DNA of 64,000 bases from an uncultured Gammaproteobacteria bacterium (GTDB taxonomy: Bacteria; Patescibacteriota; Microgenomatia; UBA10105; UBA927), in the NCBI GenBank assembly GCA_964356315.1, contig CAYHHA010000003.1, positions 12,010 through 76,009 of the forward strand; not shown here. Direction: 5' to 3'. The stretch's first letter is position 1. Below are more model-generated notes on this DNA. The model had not been told where the DNA came from. It did no database searches and was given only the letters and a program-made list of their open reading frames with translations.

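Overview
Almost the whole window is the minus strand of two adjacent giant genes, and both run off the window edges. Giant gene A spans 1..~24,477/24,600 and is at least 8,160 codons; its C-terminus lies beyond coordinate 1. Giant gene B spans 27,928..>64,000 and is at least 12,020 codons. The track shows its first Met at 63,873, but the frame stays open (no stop) to 64,000, so the N-terminus is off-window. I hand-translated the minus strand of 24,600→17,800, ~12,000–12,750 and 4,900→1 and found no stop codons; the remaining stretches (roughly 17,800–12,750 and 12,000–4,900) were checked only at the methyltransferase-like motif sites. The ORF track cannot report gene A because no in-window stop exists. 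Only small + strand ORFs, out of frame or antisense, occur across it.

Gene A opens with an in-frame coding tandem repeat ('MSRSTKL[R/L]SY' ×3, three candidate ATGs) followed by a signal-peptide-like hydrophobic segment. It contains a peptidase M48/HtpX-like HEXXH module, an ABC1/UbiB atypical-kinase-like domain, a possible second atypical kinase-like segment, three paralogous class-I SAM methyltransferase-like domains and a duplicated ~90-aa GNPC/TAYH module.

Gene B, in the in-window part, contains an SF2 (SecA/DEAD-like) ATPase with Walker A GIGKTT, DEAQ and a QAIGRDRGR arginine finger. It also has two strongly hydrophobic helices ~1,460 residues in, a Gly7 run, a PP2C-type Ser/Thr phosphatase-like domain, a GNAT acetyltransferase motif, a papain-like Cys-peptidase-like segment and a C-terminal HELSH zincin-like motif. 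A ~170-aa module occurs three times, two copies of it 100% nucleotide-identical over ~501 bp.

Between the giants sit three small minus-strand genes: a DUF4143-type AAA ATPase and a small ORF overlapping an AbiEii-like nucleotidyltransferase (a putative toxin–antitoxin pair). A 1.1-kb repeat-dense non-coding region follows, with a 72-bp tandem repeat, a 66-bp dispersed direct repeat flanked by GGATTTA heptamer arrays, (GAATTAT)3, an 18-bp perfect palindrome and paired 13-bp palindromes.

No rRNA, tRNA or CRISPR was recognised. GC content is low (~40%), the standard genetic code applies, and Shine–Dalgarno signals at the giant-gene starts are weak or absent. All domain calls rest on motif-level reading of my own translation, not on database searches.
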